64,000 nucleotides of DNA from Adineta vaga (GCA_021613535.1 CP075492.1:9982001-10046000), one strand, 5' to 3'. Counted from the first letter of the stretch, positions 15,580 to 29,100 are shown. Numbers and translations: made by a program. Notes: generated by a model not told the origin, from the sequence alone.

Positions 15580-18522
15580 ATGACTAGTTATACAATTTTC
15601 AATGAAACAACAACATCGATCATGTTCAAAAATGAATCAACAACAATAACATTGATAACGAATAATGATTCAACAATAGACCAATCGTCATTAGATAATA
15701 TTTGTAAAAATTTTCATGTACGTATGTTTAGTTAAGAACATCTGTTTGTATTTATTTGTCCCCTGAGATGTAAAAAATTTTCTTCGTCATTGCAATTTCT
15801 TTTCTTGTCTCATTTTAGCTCATCGTTTTTCTCTGTATTATATTTGTATTAATTGTTACGGCTAATATATCTGTTATTCTTCAATTAAGTTGTTCAAAGA
15901 AAAGTCAAAGTCGAATGAGTTTTTTTCTGTTGAATTTAGCATATGCTGGTAAGTTTTCTTCTCTTTGTTGATGTTGTTGTTGTTGTTGTTATTATTATTA
16001 TTATTGCCGGAAATCGTTCGTTCGTATGCTCGCACATCCGAACGATATTTGTCGACTAGTAGCACTTGACTTATTCAATCATGAATGTATAGTATGATGT
16101 GATGTTACGTGTAAACCCTTCTCGAATATAGAATTAGAGCAAATGTTTATAATCAAGAAAATGTTTTTCTTTTTCTTCAAAATATTACTTCTAGTAGTGC
16201 ATTAACACTAATTTAATTTTAACAATTATTCAGATGAGTGAATTGTTAATAAAATGAATTTTCCTATTCGAAGAAAAGAAAAATTCATTTATTCATTGAT
16301 GAAAGTTTCTCCCTTTGTGTTTTTCTTTTTAATGTATGTTTTTTGATTTTCGATATTTAGATTTATTTGTTGGAATTATTATTGTCACTCGTGATATCAT
16401 TGAAAAAAGTTGTATACCATTTGGACTTGGTTCTCTTGGATGTCGATTGATCAGCTTTATACAAGTTCGTATTTCTTAATTTCGAAGGAAATAATTGATT
16501 CAATTGAGAAGATTTGTTTTAATAAACGATTGATCTCAGTAATCTCAAAAGTGTTTTTCTCGGAAAAAAAAGAAAGCTTTTTTTTTACCAAATTATTCTA
16601 ATACTTGAGACGAAAATTGTAGGAAAACAAAGATTAGCATATTGTTGATAGGATAGAATGTACTCAAAATGTCTATTTTCTTTTGTTGTTTAGGGAACAA
16701 TTTCATATAATTCGAGGTACATACATGTTTTTATAATTAGAAATCTACAAATAAACATTTCTGGACTTTAGTTATGTACTTGTTTGTGTATCAATTGATC
16801 GTCTTTATGCAATTATTCGTCCAATGGATGTTCGAAGTGCGTCTTCAGGTAGATAAATCAATTGAACTTTGATCTTCTTTGATCAACATTTTCTTCTAGC
16901 ATTTCGATATTCGTTAATTATTGGTAAGAAGAATACTTCTTTTTTCTTTTTTCAACATATAATTTGATTTGAATTGATTCATTCCAAAGCATCATGGATT
17001 ATTTCAATGACCTTCGCGTCTACTCAGTTGTATTTCCGCGATATCAATACAATTGAAGGAATGCGTATATGTGGTAATCGATCGGACGTTCAAAATTGGA
17101 ATGTAAGGTTGACAATGAATTGATAGACAGACTGAATTCTCGTTTTAATTTCGCTTTTCTAGGCATACGTCTATTTCTTATTTATCTCATTATATCTTGT
17201 TCCATTGATTGTTATGACAGTGTCATATGTAATAATAATAATAATAATATGGAGAAAGGGCTCGGTGAAAATTAAAGATGGATTAACAAATGAACGACAT
17301 GAGAAATCAAGAATACGTCGATTGCTTTCATCAAAAAAATCCACTTTCAATGGTAAAAATCGTTGAATTTATTGTTCTACATTTTTTGATTGTCTTCTTC
17401 TTCTATGCATCTAGATGATCAACAAATTGAATCACGTATACGAGATGTGCGTTCACTTGGTGTAATACCTCGAGCTAAAATCAAAACAGTTAAAATGACC
17501 TTAGTCATTGTTATTGGTAAATTTTCTTAACAGATTGATGACAGGATATCCGACACTGTCTTGATTGATGAAAAACTAAATAGAATTAGGCATAACATAA
17601 TAGCAAGTCTAACCTTCATTATTCATTGTCTTAGTACACTGATATATCAACAAATCTAATTTAAATGCAAAGATCTTTTCTTTAATCTTTTAAATTGTTT
17701 TCTTTTATAGCTTTTACTGCTTGTTGGTCGCCTTATTTCATTTTAACTATAATGAATACACTTGGTTTTATTCAAAATTTCGTTCTTATACGTGTTACAT
17801 CATCTTTATGTTACATGAATTCATTAGCTAATCCACTTATTTATTGGCTTTTTGCAACAAATTTCTGTCTAAAATTCAGGTAATTCGATCATTTGATATT
17901 CAAAAACTTCAAAATCTTATATTAAACAAAATACATTATAATTTCTTTTCAGCACAAAAACGACCAATGTTTCCCTTTCTTAGTAAAGCATAACCGAGTG
18001 AATTGCTTTTTTTTTCTATTTCCTCTTATTCATAACATTGCTTTTTATGCATGTGGTTCTTTTTTTGGATGAATAATACATTGAAAAAAAAAATCACTAA
18101 CACCCGAATGACAAGATGATACATGCATGATGAAAAGAATTCGTAAATACGCGTGAGTGACATGTCTATCGTCAGAATTTGTTTACTATTCAATTACAAA
18201 TGATACGATTTGAATAGTAAAACAGTTACTTTCATTGTTTAATGATTGAAATTCTTATGTTTGTTTGTTTATGTTCATATTTAGAGAGACTCATGGTTGT
18301 CAAAAATTGACAACAATTAAATCGACGTCAAATGGAGAAAATGGTCGACGTTCTTCACTATCCGATCGTCGACAAAGTGTTAATAGTGTGAAATATCAAC
18401 GGCGACGTTCAGAAGATTATCATCGTGCACATAATCCACGTATACCACTACCTTCAATACCTTTACCTCATCAGTCAAATTGTCGTACACAAACACAAGG
18501 AAATAAACGTTTTCCTCAATAA
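15580..18522 (+). CDS. Class A neuropeptide GPCR, CCAP/NPS receptor-like (vasopressin/GnRH superfamily; multi-exon)
   Basis: N-glycosylated N-terminus; SRMSFFLLNLAYADLFVG, SIDRLYAIIRP, GVIPRAKIKTVKMTLVIV, CWSPYF, NSLANPLIYWLF. Confidence 0.82.
15972..16005. repeat. Compound (TTG)n(TTA)n microsatellite in a GPCR intron
   Basis: Directly visible trinucleotide runs. Confidence 0.9.
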
Positions 18523-19372
18523 CAAAATTTACTATCAATCGAATCTTCAATCCTAACGTCTAAATTCTTCTTCTTCTTCTTATTATTATTTTTCTTGTTT
18601 TTTTTAGTAGTTCTGATGAATAATTTCTTTTATTTTGTTTGCCTTTGTTTTGTGTCATTTCGTATATTCTAAAAAAAAAGATGATGTCAGTCTGTTATCT
18701 TAATTGATTGTCAATCACGCACGTAACTGTCTCTCTTGGTATTGTATCGAATATGATGTATTTATCTATATCAATGATAGAAAAGAATAAGAATAAGAAG
18801 TCTTGTTGATTTCTCGAATATAGGAAACAAGAATAGGCGATCTTCTTTTTTTTAAGTATTACAATCGTTTATGTTATCCGCTTGTAACTAGTCCATCAAC
18901 GCTTGTCTAAGTAATTCTATCGATGAACTGTTTTTATTCGAGTCAATATTGCACATCAGTTGCTTTTCTTTCTAACCTTGACGATCTATGGGAGCCACCC
19001 ATTGACGATAAAATAATAATTGATCCTTGTTGTGCCTTGCAGACTATAGAGTTTGGTTAAAGTATTTTGCTGACGTCTCTTTTAATACATTGTTTGACAT
19101 TCCGAGTAATTAGTCTTTCTATCTCTATTTCTTGTCGTTTTGATGGACAAAAGAGATCACTGGGGTCCTCAAGCTTTATTATTAATCTTTCATTGCTGCC
19201 ATTCGTGTGTCTTACCATCCGCAAGACTAAATCTATTGTGAACCTTACAGCGACAATTATCTCTTTTCTTTTCTGCTATATAATTCTGTCGATTTTAATA
19301 ACAGAACAATGTTTTATTCTATCATTATCTTCTCCTTCTTCTTCTTCTTCTTATTTCGTTTCAGACATTTCA

Positions 19373-21743
19373 ATGTATCACGGGATGTCTAAAACTGAAG
19401 AAACTCTACGCGAATGTGGCCGATGGATATGTCATTCATTCGATATTTTAAAAGCGATTATTATTCGAGTTATTTTTGCACTTCATGCAACGATTGCAAT
19501 CATGCGAACTGTTATTACAAAAGGAGATTATTGGTATCTAATAAATATGTGTGGAGTTAATTTTCTTCTCATTGAATTGATTGTTACGATTATTAAACGA
19601 AAAGGTTTGTTGAATTTTTCACTAGAAATTTATATCGGATTATTTGATTTTGTAGGAAAAGAACCAAAATGGTAAAATGTTTGATTTCTAGATTAGCAAA
19701 TATCAAGATTCATTGTTCATATTTAGGTTTTCACCATGTTTTTTTCTTTATATTTGTACAATGATTCCTCCAATATGGTTTTTAGAAATCAATCGGATTA
19801 ATGTTAAACTTGGTGGTGGATCAATGAATCAAACTGAAGGCAAAGAATTAGAAATTCTGATTGAAAAAGGTCTTATATCAAAAGCAAATATCAATGATAA
19901 AACGGTTTGTTTCATTTTATAGACTTTTTTTCTTCTTTTTCTAATTTTCTTTCTTTGCGCACAACAATATCAAATTTCTTTTCTCTTTTTTAAACATAAA
20001 ATCTCAATCGAAATGAATTCTATAGAATTTAGTCGTTGAAAAGGTGAGAGATAACTCAAAAGAACATGAATTTTCGCATGATGCATGATTATATATCAAT
20101 ATATTTTATATTTAATATTACATAACAATAACAAAAATGAAAGAAATAATGACAAATATTGCCGTTAAATATCGACAGTGGTTTGTTGAGGTTTGAGTTC
20201 AAAAGTTACATATTGTTCAGGTCGTCGTGGTCGAGCACCCCATGCTGGATAATAGTGATGATGACGACGTAAATAAAACGCTAAGATACCACAAAGTATT
20301 GATAGAAGAAATAAAGATGGAAGAATAAAATTACGAAAAATAGTTTGAGCTTTTTTTTCACGATTACTCAAGATAACTGGAGGAGGACGAGAAGATGAAG
20401 AAGAACTAACGATGGTAGTAGTTGTTTCTATTGGTTGTTCATCAACGATACTTTGTGGTGCCCAAAACGTAATTTGCGATTCATCAATCGTTCGATTTGG
20501 AGTAAAACCAAAATAAATTGATAATGTTCGTGTAATACTATGTTTATGAAGAACAGTTCGAATTAATAAACCTGTTGTTAATATACAAACAAGAGTTATC
20601 ATAACAATAATTAAGACTGAAATAATTGACGATGATTTAAAATAAATGAATGAATCTTCATTTTCATCGTTGTCGTCATCATTTTTTCCATAGTTTTTAT
20701 CACCCAATACTTTGGATATATCTTCATCTGTAGCTTTAGCGGGTAGTACTTGATCACCATCATTTTCTCCCATTATTGTCAAGGGCACATGCGTATACAA
20801 CGTGTGCAATGTACTGATGTATAGAATAGCGTTATTCTTTCTATTCTTCGTTCTTTTTCTTTTCCCGTTCTTCGCTGGAATATGACAATATGTCGGTTTA
20901 TGTTCTTGTTCTCTAATATACGAGTTGCTTTAAGAGAAAAACTAATTCTAGTTGAGTTTTGATTAATAAACAGAATAAATTTGAAATTTATCGAACTTTT
21001 TCTGCATGATCAATATAATCAGGCATGTGCATCTTGGCATGTTCTAGAAAAGACCTTTAACTATTGACGATTGGGTTGTGGTTATTGAAGTAACATTTTT
21101 AATGATAATTATTATTGGCCGGTGGTTATTACCAAAAGGAAAAATTAGTCGTTCTGCACTTTCTCAACTGTTACTTGTTTATCTTTCATTAGCATCAGAT
21201 ATGATTGATTTATTATCGATATTTCAAGAAGATAAAGTGATTCGAAATTCCAAAATGATCTATTCAACTTTAGCTGTTTTCTCCTGGTCAACATTTCAAT
21301 TTAGTTTAAATCTTGTTGCATCACGTGGTCGAACATTTCGTTTCGATGCCGAAAGTATAAATTCAAACAATCAATTAAATCTAATCAAACAACAAAAACG
21401 TCGTCGACCACAACAACAAATTCTATCTGTATGTCACAAATTAGCAAATAGTGAATTACCCTCGATATTTCTAACTATTTTAATGCAAGATTTACCATTT
21501 CTTGTCATTCGTCTTATTGCTGTTGTACATTTTAAAGTACAATCTTATACAACAATCTTTTTTACTTGTAAAAATTTAATTATTTTATGTTTACAAGTTT
21601 ATCGTTTATGGTCAATTTGTATTGAACATATTCATCAAGAGGAACCAAATAATAATGTCGATAAATATTCCATAACAGCAGCAACAATACAACGTTTACC
21701 TCCATTACCTGAGTCAGCAACAACTCAATTTATCTTAGCATGA
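19373..21743 (+). CDS. TMEM26: TMEM26-like protein, isoform A (shared exons 19373-19604, 19656-19671, 19727-19904, +/- microexon 20026-20043; terminal exon A 21048-21743)
   Basis: KAIIIRVIFALH...KRKGKEPKWFSPCFFLYICTMIPPIWFLE and IIIGRWLLPKG.ISR..LSQLLLVY...DM, MQDLPFL.IRL, IFFTCKN are TMEM26 motifs; phase-0 acceptor at 21047. Confidence 0.82.
20165..20773 (-). CDS. Nested antisense gene: two-TM membrane protein in a TMEM26 intron
   Basis: About 200-codon uninterrupted ORF from ATG 20773 with acidic N-terminus, two hydrophobic helices, S/T/P linker and tail YVTF...TTVDI. Confidence 0.65.
   Translation of the reverse strand: MGENDGDQVLPAKATDEDISKVLGDKNYGKNDDDNDENEDSFIYFKSSSIISVLIIVMITLVCILTTGLLIRTVLHKHSITRTLSIYFGFTPNRTIDESQITFWAPQSIVDEQPIETTTTIVSSSSSSRPPPVILSNREKKAQTIFRNFILPSLFLLSILCGILAFYLRRHHHYYPAWGARPRRPEQYVTFELKPQQTTVDI
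21003..21041 (+). promoter_or_regulatory. Cluster of three RBFOX-type (T)GCATG splicing elements at the exon A acceptor
   Basis: TGCATG 21003-21008, GCATG 21023-21027 and GCATG 21037-21041, all within 45 nt of the AG at 21047; further copies at 20076, 20082, 21738 and 21748. Confidence 0.6.
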
Positions 21744-21862
21744 TATCGCATGAGCCAGATAGCTTGAAATCTATCGAACAATATTATATATATATATATA
21801 CATATATCTATACATATGATGTAAATTGCTTTTTTTATGAAGAAAATTTTTATTTAATTTAG

Positions 21863-22980
21863 ATGAAAGAATGGGGTATTGAAGATGCCATGATGGTTGA
21901 ACTATCATTTATGTTTATTATTATTCTTGGCCGATGGTTATTACCAAAAGGAAATATATCTCATAGTGCATTATCTCAGTTATTACTTGTTTATTTATCT
22001 CTTGCATCGGATATTTTGGATTTATTGACATTATTTGGTGAAAAAGAAATCTATTTAAGTAAACCGATGGTTCATATTGTGCTGGTCGTGTTTTCATTAT
22101 GTATGTTTCAATTTGCGTTGAATTTAACTGCAACACGTGGTCGATCATTTCATGCAGAATTTGATGATTCAGAATTTGAAATTCATCAATCAGCACCACT
22201 ACAACTAGCATCACGATCCTTACCAGTACATCAAAAGATTACAAATAAATTTATCCCAAGTATAGTTTCATCATCAACAGCTCGACCATTAACGACAACA
22301 TCAGCAAATCAAACACCACGTGTGAAACCACGCGCAGCATCATTTTCGATTATAGAGCCATCTGATACAATCTTTGAAAATCCAATAAATCGTGGACATT
22401 TTGAAATGCGAGCGAGTAAGAATAGTTTAGGTAAGAGACTTCTTTCAATGAATAGATCATTTCAAATTCTATTCTTCTTTTTCCATTTACTCCTACAGCT
22501 CTTAAACCATCGTTTCCTGAATCTGATTTACTTTCAAATATTCCTCATCCACCACCAATGCTGCAGCGTCTATCCATAGGTTCTTTTAATTCACTACATT
22601 CATCCTTATGGCATACATCACGTTCAAAACAAATATCAAGAAAATCGGTTGCAGAAAGTGTGAAAATCTTTGTTAAAAAACGATCTGCAAAATTTCTTCG
22701 ATCAGAAATTTGGTCTATTCTAGTAACATTATCTCTACAAGATGGTCCATTCTTCGCTATTCGTCTTGTTGCTATTATCGTTTATCATGTACGATCATTT
22801 TTAACATATTTCTTTACATTTAAAAATTTCTTAATTTTACTTTTTCAAACATATCGTATTGCTTCGATATGTTTAGAAAAAGATGAACAAGAACAAGAAT
22901 TCGAAGAAAAAATCGATACAATACGACGCATGAGTGTTGCAGCATCACAACTTGGCGTATCATTGAATAGAAAAATCTAG
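21863..22980 (+). CDS. TMEM26: TMEM26-like alternative C-terminal half B (exons 21863-22430, 22499-22980)
   Basis: Second copy of GRWLLPKG.IS.SALSQLLLVYLSLASD and LQDGPFFAIRL..FFTFKN, preceded by a phase-0 acceptor TTTAG at 21862; it has no N-terminal half of its own. Confidence 0.78.
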
Positions 22981-23297
22981 TTTGAATTTTACGAAGTTAG
23001 AGAACAATAAACAAGAAGTTCTTCTTTTTTTTAATATTGTATTTGAAAATAGATATTGTCAATAAAAGCTAATGAATTCTATAGTTTCAATCAGAGAGAA
23101 AGAAATTTATTTATTCATTTTCTATAAGTCTCGTAGTATCTTTGATACGAATGTTTTATAGCGACATCTTTGATGCTTCTTCATGATTGTGTTACTCGGT
23201 CAACTCTACTATATGCGCGATGTGACATGACAACATCGGAAAAATTCATTCATTTAACCTTCCTTGTTTACTATCGATTACTCATATTATTTTACGG

Positions 23298-25258
23298 ATG
23301 AAGAATCAATTAATTCTTTTTTGGCGATGTATATTTGGTCCGAAACTTTATCAAACATATCCAGTATTACCACCAGCTCCTATTCGAAATGACCAACAAG
23401 TAGAAATTGAAATCAATTACTTGAAAAGTCTTATCTATTTTTTGTTTCTAGCCATCTCATTTCTATGAGAAAAATACAGCGGAAAGTCTTAGTGACACGG
23501 TATTCTTCGCTGTAAGATTTCTTTTCGATATAGACATACATAGATATATAAATAGTTTATTTTTAGCTAAAATTATCCATTGGCATACTTAAAGTGACAT
23601 GGCCATTATGTTTGATGTACTTTTATCGTAAAGGTTTATTAACATATGACAATGGAATTGTAACACTACGAATTGTTGGTTGCATTGCCATTGTTTCCGC
23701 TTATTTTATGTTATTACGTGGTATGTATTGAGTAATATTCCTTGTAGATAAAATGTATCTTGTCTTTTTTGATTAGGTGTTGGTCGTTATGTTAACCCGA
23801 GTTATAAACTTTTTATTGACGAATTTTTTAAAGTGAAAAATAATTTATCAAAAGAAGCTCGACAAGTAAGGTTTCAAAAAGTGGACTTGAAAAGAAATCT
23901 AAGAAATAGTATTTGTTCAGAATTTTTTAGCTAAATTTGATTTTTCTCTTTCACATTGGCAACCAGATTATATTATTGAAGCTTCAGCTGTACGAAAATT
24001 ACCAATGATATCTACAACAAAAGATGATTTAATTAATCGTACTGAACCATCTATTCTCGAACGTCTTTTTCATTATCCATCATTATTTCTTGGCTATATT
24101 TGTGTGAATGTCTTTGGTCGACGTTTAATGTTTCCAGGTAGTTTACAATTACTTCGACAAATGATGGAACGACCTTTACTGGATGGACGTACAAATTTAA
24201 TTGTTCAACATCGTGCTAAACGTTATGTTATACGAACAGCTGATGGAAATAATATCGATACAATCTTTGCTGATCGACGCCAATCAAATCATTCACAAAA
24301 TGGACGAATATTAGTCGTTACTTGCGAAGGTAATGCTGGCTTTTATGAGATGGGTTGTATGGGAACACCAATTGATCGTGGCTATTCTGTACTTGGATGG
24401 AATCGACCAGGATTTGGAGAAAGTTCGGTAAGATCTCTATTTTGAACATGATCATTATATGATTTGTCATTGTTTCAGGGTTATCCTGGCGCAATTTCAG
24501 AAATCAATTCTATCGATGCTGTAATGCGTTATGCAATTGAAGAACTTCATTTTCTTGTTGATGATATTGTTATATTTGCATGGTCGATTGGTGGTTATTC
24601 AGCATGTTGGACAGCTGTGAATTATCAAGATATTCGTGGTCTTGTTTTAGATGCTGTATTTGATGATGTTCTACCATTAGCACAACGTCAGATGCCAGCA
24701 TTTGCATCAAAATTTGTTGAAAAAACAATACGTTACTATCTTGATTTGAATAATATACAACTACTTAAATTATTTAATGGACCATTCTATTTAATACGAC
24801 GAACACAAGACGAAATTATTAGTTTGATACCTGGTCGTGTTGAAACCAATCGTGGTAATGAATTGTTATTTCAAGTTCTTAAATATCGTTATCCATATAT
24901 TTACAATGATGATCAAACATTAACACTTCTACAACGATTTATTTGTTCAAATCAAGTGCATAGAATCGAATTAGTTGAGAAATATTGTTCCAATCAAAGT
25001 GAATTACAAACAAAAACAAGAGAATATCGTATGGAACATCCAACTCCATCATATCCATGCAAATTTGGTAATTTGTTTTTGAATTCAAAAAAAGATTTGT
25101 ACAAATTCATTTGTTTTAATTTAGGTGAAAATTTCTCTTTGCTTGAACGACAACGTTTTGCTATTTATTTTATTGATCAATATTTAGTCGATTTCGATTC
25201 TCAACATTGTACACCTTTACCACAAAACTTCTTTCGAATACCTGAACGATCTGTGTAA
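23298..25258 (+). CDS. ABHD16A: Phosphatidylserine lipase ABHD16A-like alpha/beta hydrolase (multi-exon)
   Basis: CIFGPKLY, FGRRLMFPGS, DGNNIDTIFADRR, LVVTCEGNAGFYEMG, GYSVLGWNRPGFGES, AWSIGG nucleophile motif, LIRRTQDEII, HCTPLP. Confidence 0.92.
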
Positions 25259-26134
25259 TACTTATTGTCTTTTGTTCTTTTATATGTTTGTCATGTACGA
25301 GATATAATAAATATCGAAGAAAATCATTTTGAAACATAATGTCAATGTTGAAGATAAAAAAGAGAAATGATGTTCGTATTACGTTCTTTTTTTTTTACAA
25401 ACAATCGACCTGCTACCAAGTAACTATTACACATCATACACAGTCCATCCAGGTGTTATACATGTTGAAAAACTAAATAATAGAGTGAAAAATATTGTCA
25501 AATCTCCATTAATAAAGCAAACAATTGGCACTTTATAGAAAGATAGAAAAAACAAATTTCTTCATTACTCATATTTGAAAAAAATAGTGTTTTCGAAATA
25601 TTCGCATTCTGTATGGAATTTTTTCAGTGCATACTTTTGTAAACTCCTTGTTAAGAAATAATCGTGTCTTATGTGTGATTTTCATTCATCAAACATCTTC
25701 ATATCGGAGTAAAATCACAACGATCATAACGTACGTAAAGAAAAAAGTAAATCAATTATTTATATATGAAAAAAAAAATATATGCACGTGCCAATCGCAT
25801 TTATTTCATTCGATGATCTTATTTACATATGTCAATTCTTTCTCTTTTGAATAGTTTCATACATATATATAAAGTTTTTTTTAAATCTTTCTCAATCCTA
25901 TTTTTACATTTATATCGAATTGATATTTGATCATCGAATACTAAGTATGAATAGATTTCACCTCTGAATAATCAGTATACCGTCAATAGGATAGAAAAAA
26001 AATTGAAGACCTTAAAAATGTTATACGATAATCATCTAAAGGTAATATTGACAAACGTAAAGTTCGTCGCCCGAGCTTTTTTTTATCCACATTATTATTA
26101 TATTGCTCTTTTTTTATTTCTGATTAAAAAAAAC

Positions 26135-29100
26135 ATGAATAACGACGAAAACCATCTGACTGATGTGATCAATCGATTGAAATCGGGTTCAGTTTTAACC
26201 AAACAAAAATTTAATGGAAAAAAATTTCCACGTCGTTTTTTTCTTCATGAACGTGAAGGTTTTATATCCTATGAAAAATCTGGAAAACTATTTCGTAAAC
26301 CACGAGTTTGTAAGTTATAAATCTCATTGATTCTGTTCGTCAAGAAAATGTTCTCTCTCTCTCTTTCAAATTTAGATCATCTGAAAGATATTGACGAAAT
26401 TCGATCAGGAATTCGTGCACCAAAATTTGATCGATTGATTAAACGTCGTGTTATCAATGATACTGATGTATATTTTGAACATCTTAAAATTCTTTACTTT
26501 GTATTTTTTATATATCATTTAGGATCAACGAGTTTTTACAATAATGTACGATAATCATCGAAAAGAGGAACATCTGATAACACCCGATTTTACTACACGT
26601 GAATTGTGGATTCAAGGTTTACGACATTTAATGGATCAACATGCTCAAAAAACTCAATATCATCTCATTCAAGAAGAAAAGTACAAGAAAGATAATTATT
26701 TATGGAGATTTGTAAGCATAGATTTTTTGTAGATGGATTTTAGATTTTTTTCATGCTGCTGATCGAAATCAATCGAATACATTGACTAAAAATGAATGTC
26801 GAGAATTACTTGCGAATAAATTTCATGTAGATTTACCAAATCATCTTTTCGAACAAATGTTTAATGTAAGATTCTTTTGAATTGAATTTTTTTTCAAAAA
26901 TTTTTCTTATAGAAAGCAGATCAATCGAAAGAAGGTGTATTAAATTCCGAGGAATTCATCAAGTTCTTTCATTTATTAACACGTCGAAAAGATCTTTATG
27001 AAATTATGAAGAAGTAAGTTGAATTAAAACCAATGAATCTCTCGAATTCTATGTCGATTTAGATATACAGATCATGATTATACACAAACAATGGAAACTA
27101 TGTATATCAATAGAGATGGATTACTCTCGTTTCTTCGAGTACATTATAAACAGACAATGAAATCAATCAATCTCGAACAAGTGCAACAGTTAATCAATGA
27201 GTTTGAATTGAATAGTGAATTAAGAGAAAAAGGTTTATTGAGTGTTGATGGTATGTTTCGATATGATATAATCAATTGAAAGAAAACCAAATGTTTGTTA
27301 AGGTTTTCGAAATATGTTATTATCCAGTAATTTTGATATTATTGGATCAGCTCGTTCTCATCAGGTCTATCAAGATATGACAAGGTATAGATAAACAAGT
27401 GAGAATCAATAGAGAATAGTAATTGATTATTTTGTTTTCATATTCCAGACCATTATGCGATTATTATATCAATACGTCTCATAATACGTATGAATTTCAA
27501 ATTGTTTGATTTTTCATAAAATTTTTCTATTGTAGTTATTTATTCTACAGTCAAATATCGGGTGAAAGTAATCCAGAAGCTTATAATCGAGTATTATTAA
27601 TGGGTGTTCGAGCAGTTGAACTTGATTGTTATGATGGTGATAATGGTCGTCCAATAGTAACACATGCTCATACACTTGTAAAACCATGTTCGTTTGAATC
27701 AATTATTCATTCTATAGAACCAAATCTTTTCAAAACATCACCGTAATTCTATTTAATCTACATTTTCGTTTCTCTTCACCTTTTTTTCTTTGGAAAAATT
27801 TTAGATATCCAGTTATATTAAATATTGAAAATCATTGTTCATCTGAACAACAAAAACAAATGGCACAAATTCTGAAGAGAATTCTTGGTGGTTAGTAAAT
27901 AACAAAAATGTATTGAATAAATTGTTTTTTATTTCGAATATCTAGATCGTTTGGTTACAAAACCATTACCAAATACAGATCCATCGATTTTACCATCACC
28001 AGAAGATTTAAAATATAAAGTTCTTATTCGCGTTAGTATAGACTCTTATTATACACATGAACAAGAAAAAATATCACTTCTATTTCTATTTATTAGAGTA
28101 AAAAAGTTTCAACGTCTTTACAAGCCAAAGAAGAAGATGATGATGATGATGATGATAATGATACGATTCTGAATCCATTAAGTAAGGTATATTGACAATT
28201 TTGATTTATTTTTATCTTAATTTTAAAAGTTTTTCAAACATTATTCTGATTATTGTAGGATGTTCAACCAGAATTAGCTGCATTATTTGTTTATTTACAA
28301 AATGTTCCTTTTCGTGAATATGATTATGCAAAAGTTCATTGTAAGTGATTGTTATTTCTATACAAACATTTACATTATATTCTATTTTAAGATTCACCCT
28401 TTCATTCATCATCATTAGCGGAAAATCGTTTTCTTAAATTTGCACAAAGTGATCCTATTGGTTTAGTTCAACAAACAACTTGGCGTCTTCTTCGATTATA
28501 TCCTGGTGGTTTAAGACAAGACTCAAGTAATCCAGATCCTATTGTAGCATGGAATTTTGGCGTTCAAATGGTTGCATTAAATTATCAAAATGAAGATGAT
28601 ATGATTGCATTATGCTATGGAAAATTTCTCGATAATGGTGGTTGTGGTTATATATTAAAACCGAATTACTTACTCGATGCACAAGACACAGAATTCAATC
28701 CATGGGATATAGAAATGAATTTTGATTATCCTCAAACTTTAACTATAACAATAATTAGTGGACAATTTTTACCTCGATCAAATTTAAAATCATCGGATAT
28801 ACCTGATCCATTTGTTCGCCTATCGACACATGGTATGCATTGTGATGAATACGTACGAAAAACAAAAGTTGTCAACAATAATGGATTTAATCCAGTTTGG
28901 AATGAAAATTTTCAATTTCGAATTAAATTTCCTCAAATGTGTCTTATCTATTTCTCTATTATGGACTATGATGTATTAACAAATAATGATAGATTAGCAT
29001 ATTTTTGTTCACCAATAACAATGATACAAGAAGGTAATTGATAGATCTCATATTGATTATCATGGAATGAACTATGGATCTTTTTCTTTAGGATATCGTC

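Noticed and set aside
17518-17710. Possible snoRNA in a GPCR intron (TGATGA...CTGA, ACA)
   Set aside because: Box spacing and terminal stems are weak in AT-rich sequence; not supportable.
19067-19372. 102-aa N-terminal extension of TMEM26 in the ORF track
   Set aside because: Starts at TTG and reads through low-complexity, intron-like sequence ending in TTTCAG; TMEM26 similarity begins only after ATG 19373.
21863-22980. Block B as an independent TMEM26 gene starting at ATG 21863
   Set aside because: It would lack the N-terminal TM helices, sits 119 nt after stop A, and the ATG directly follows a phase-matched acceptor; an alternative terminal exon is more parsimonious, though not proven.
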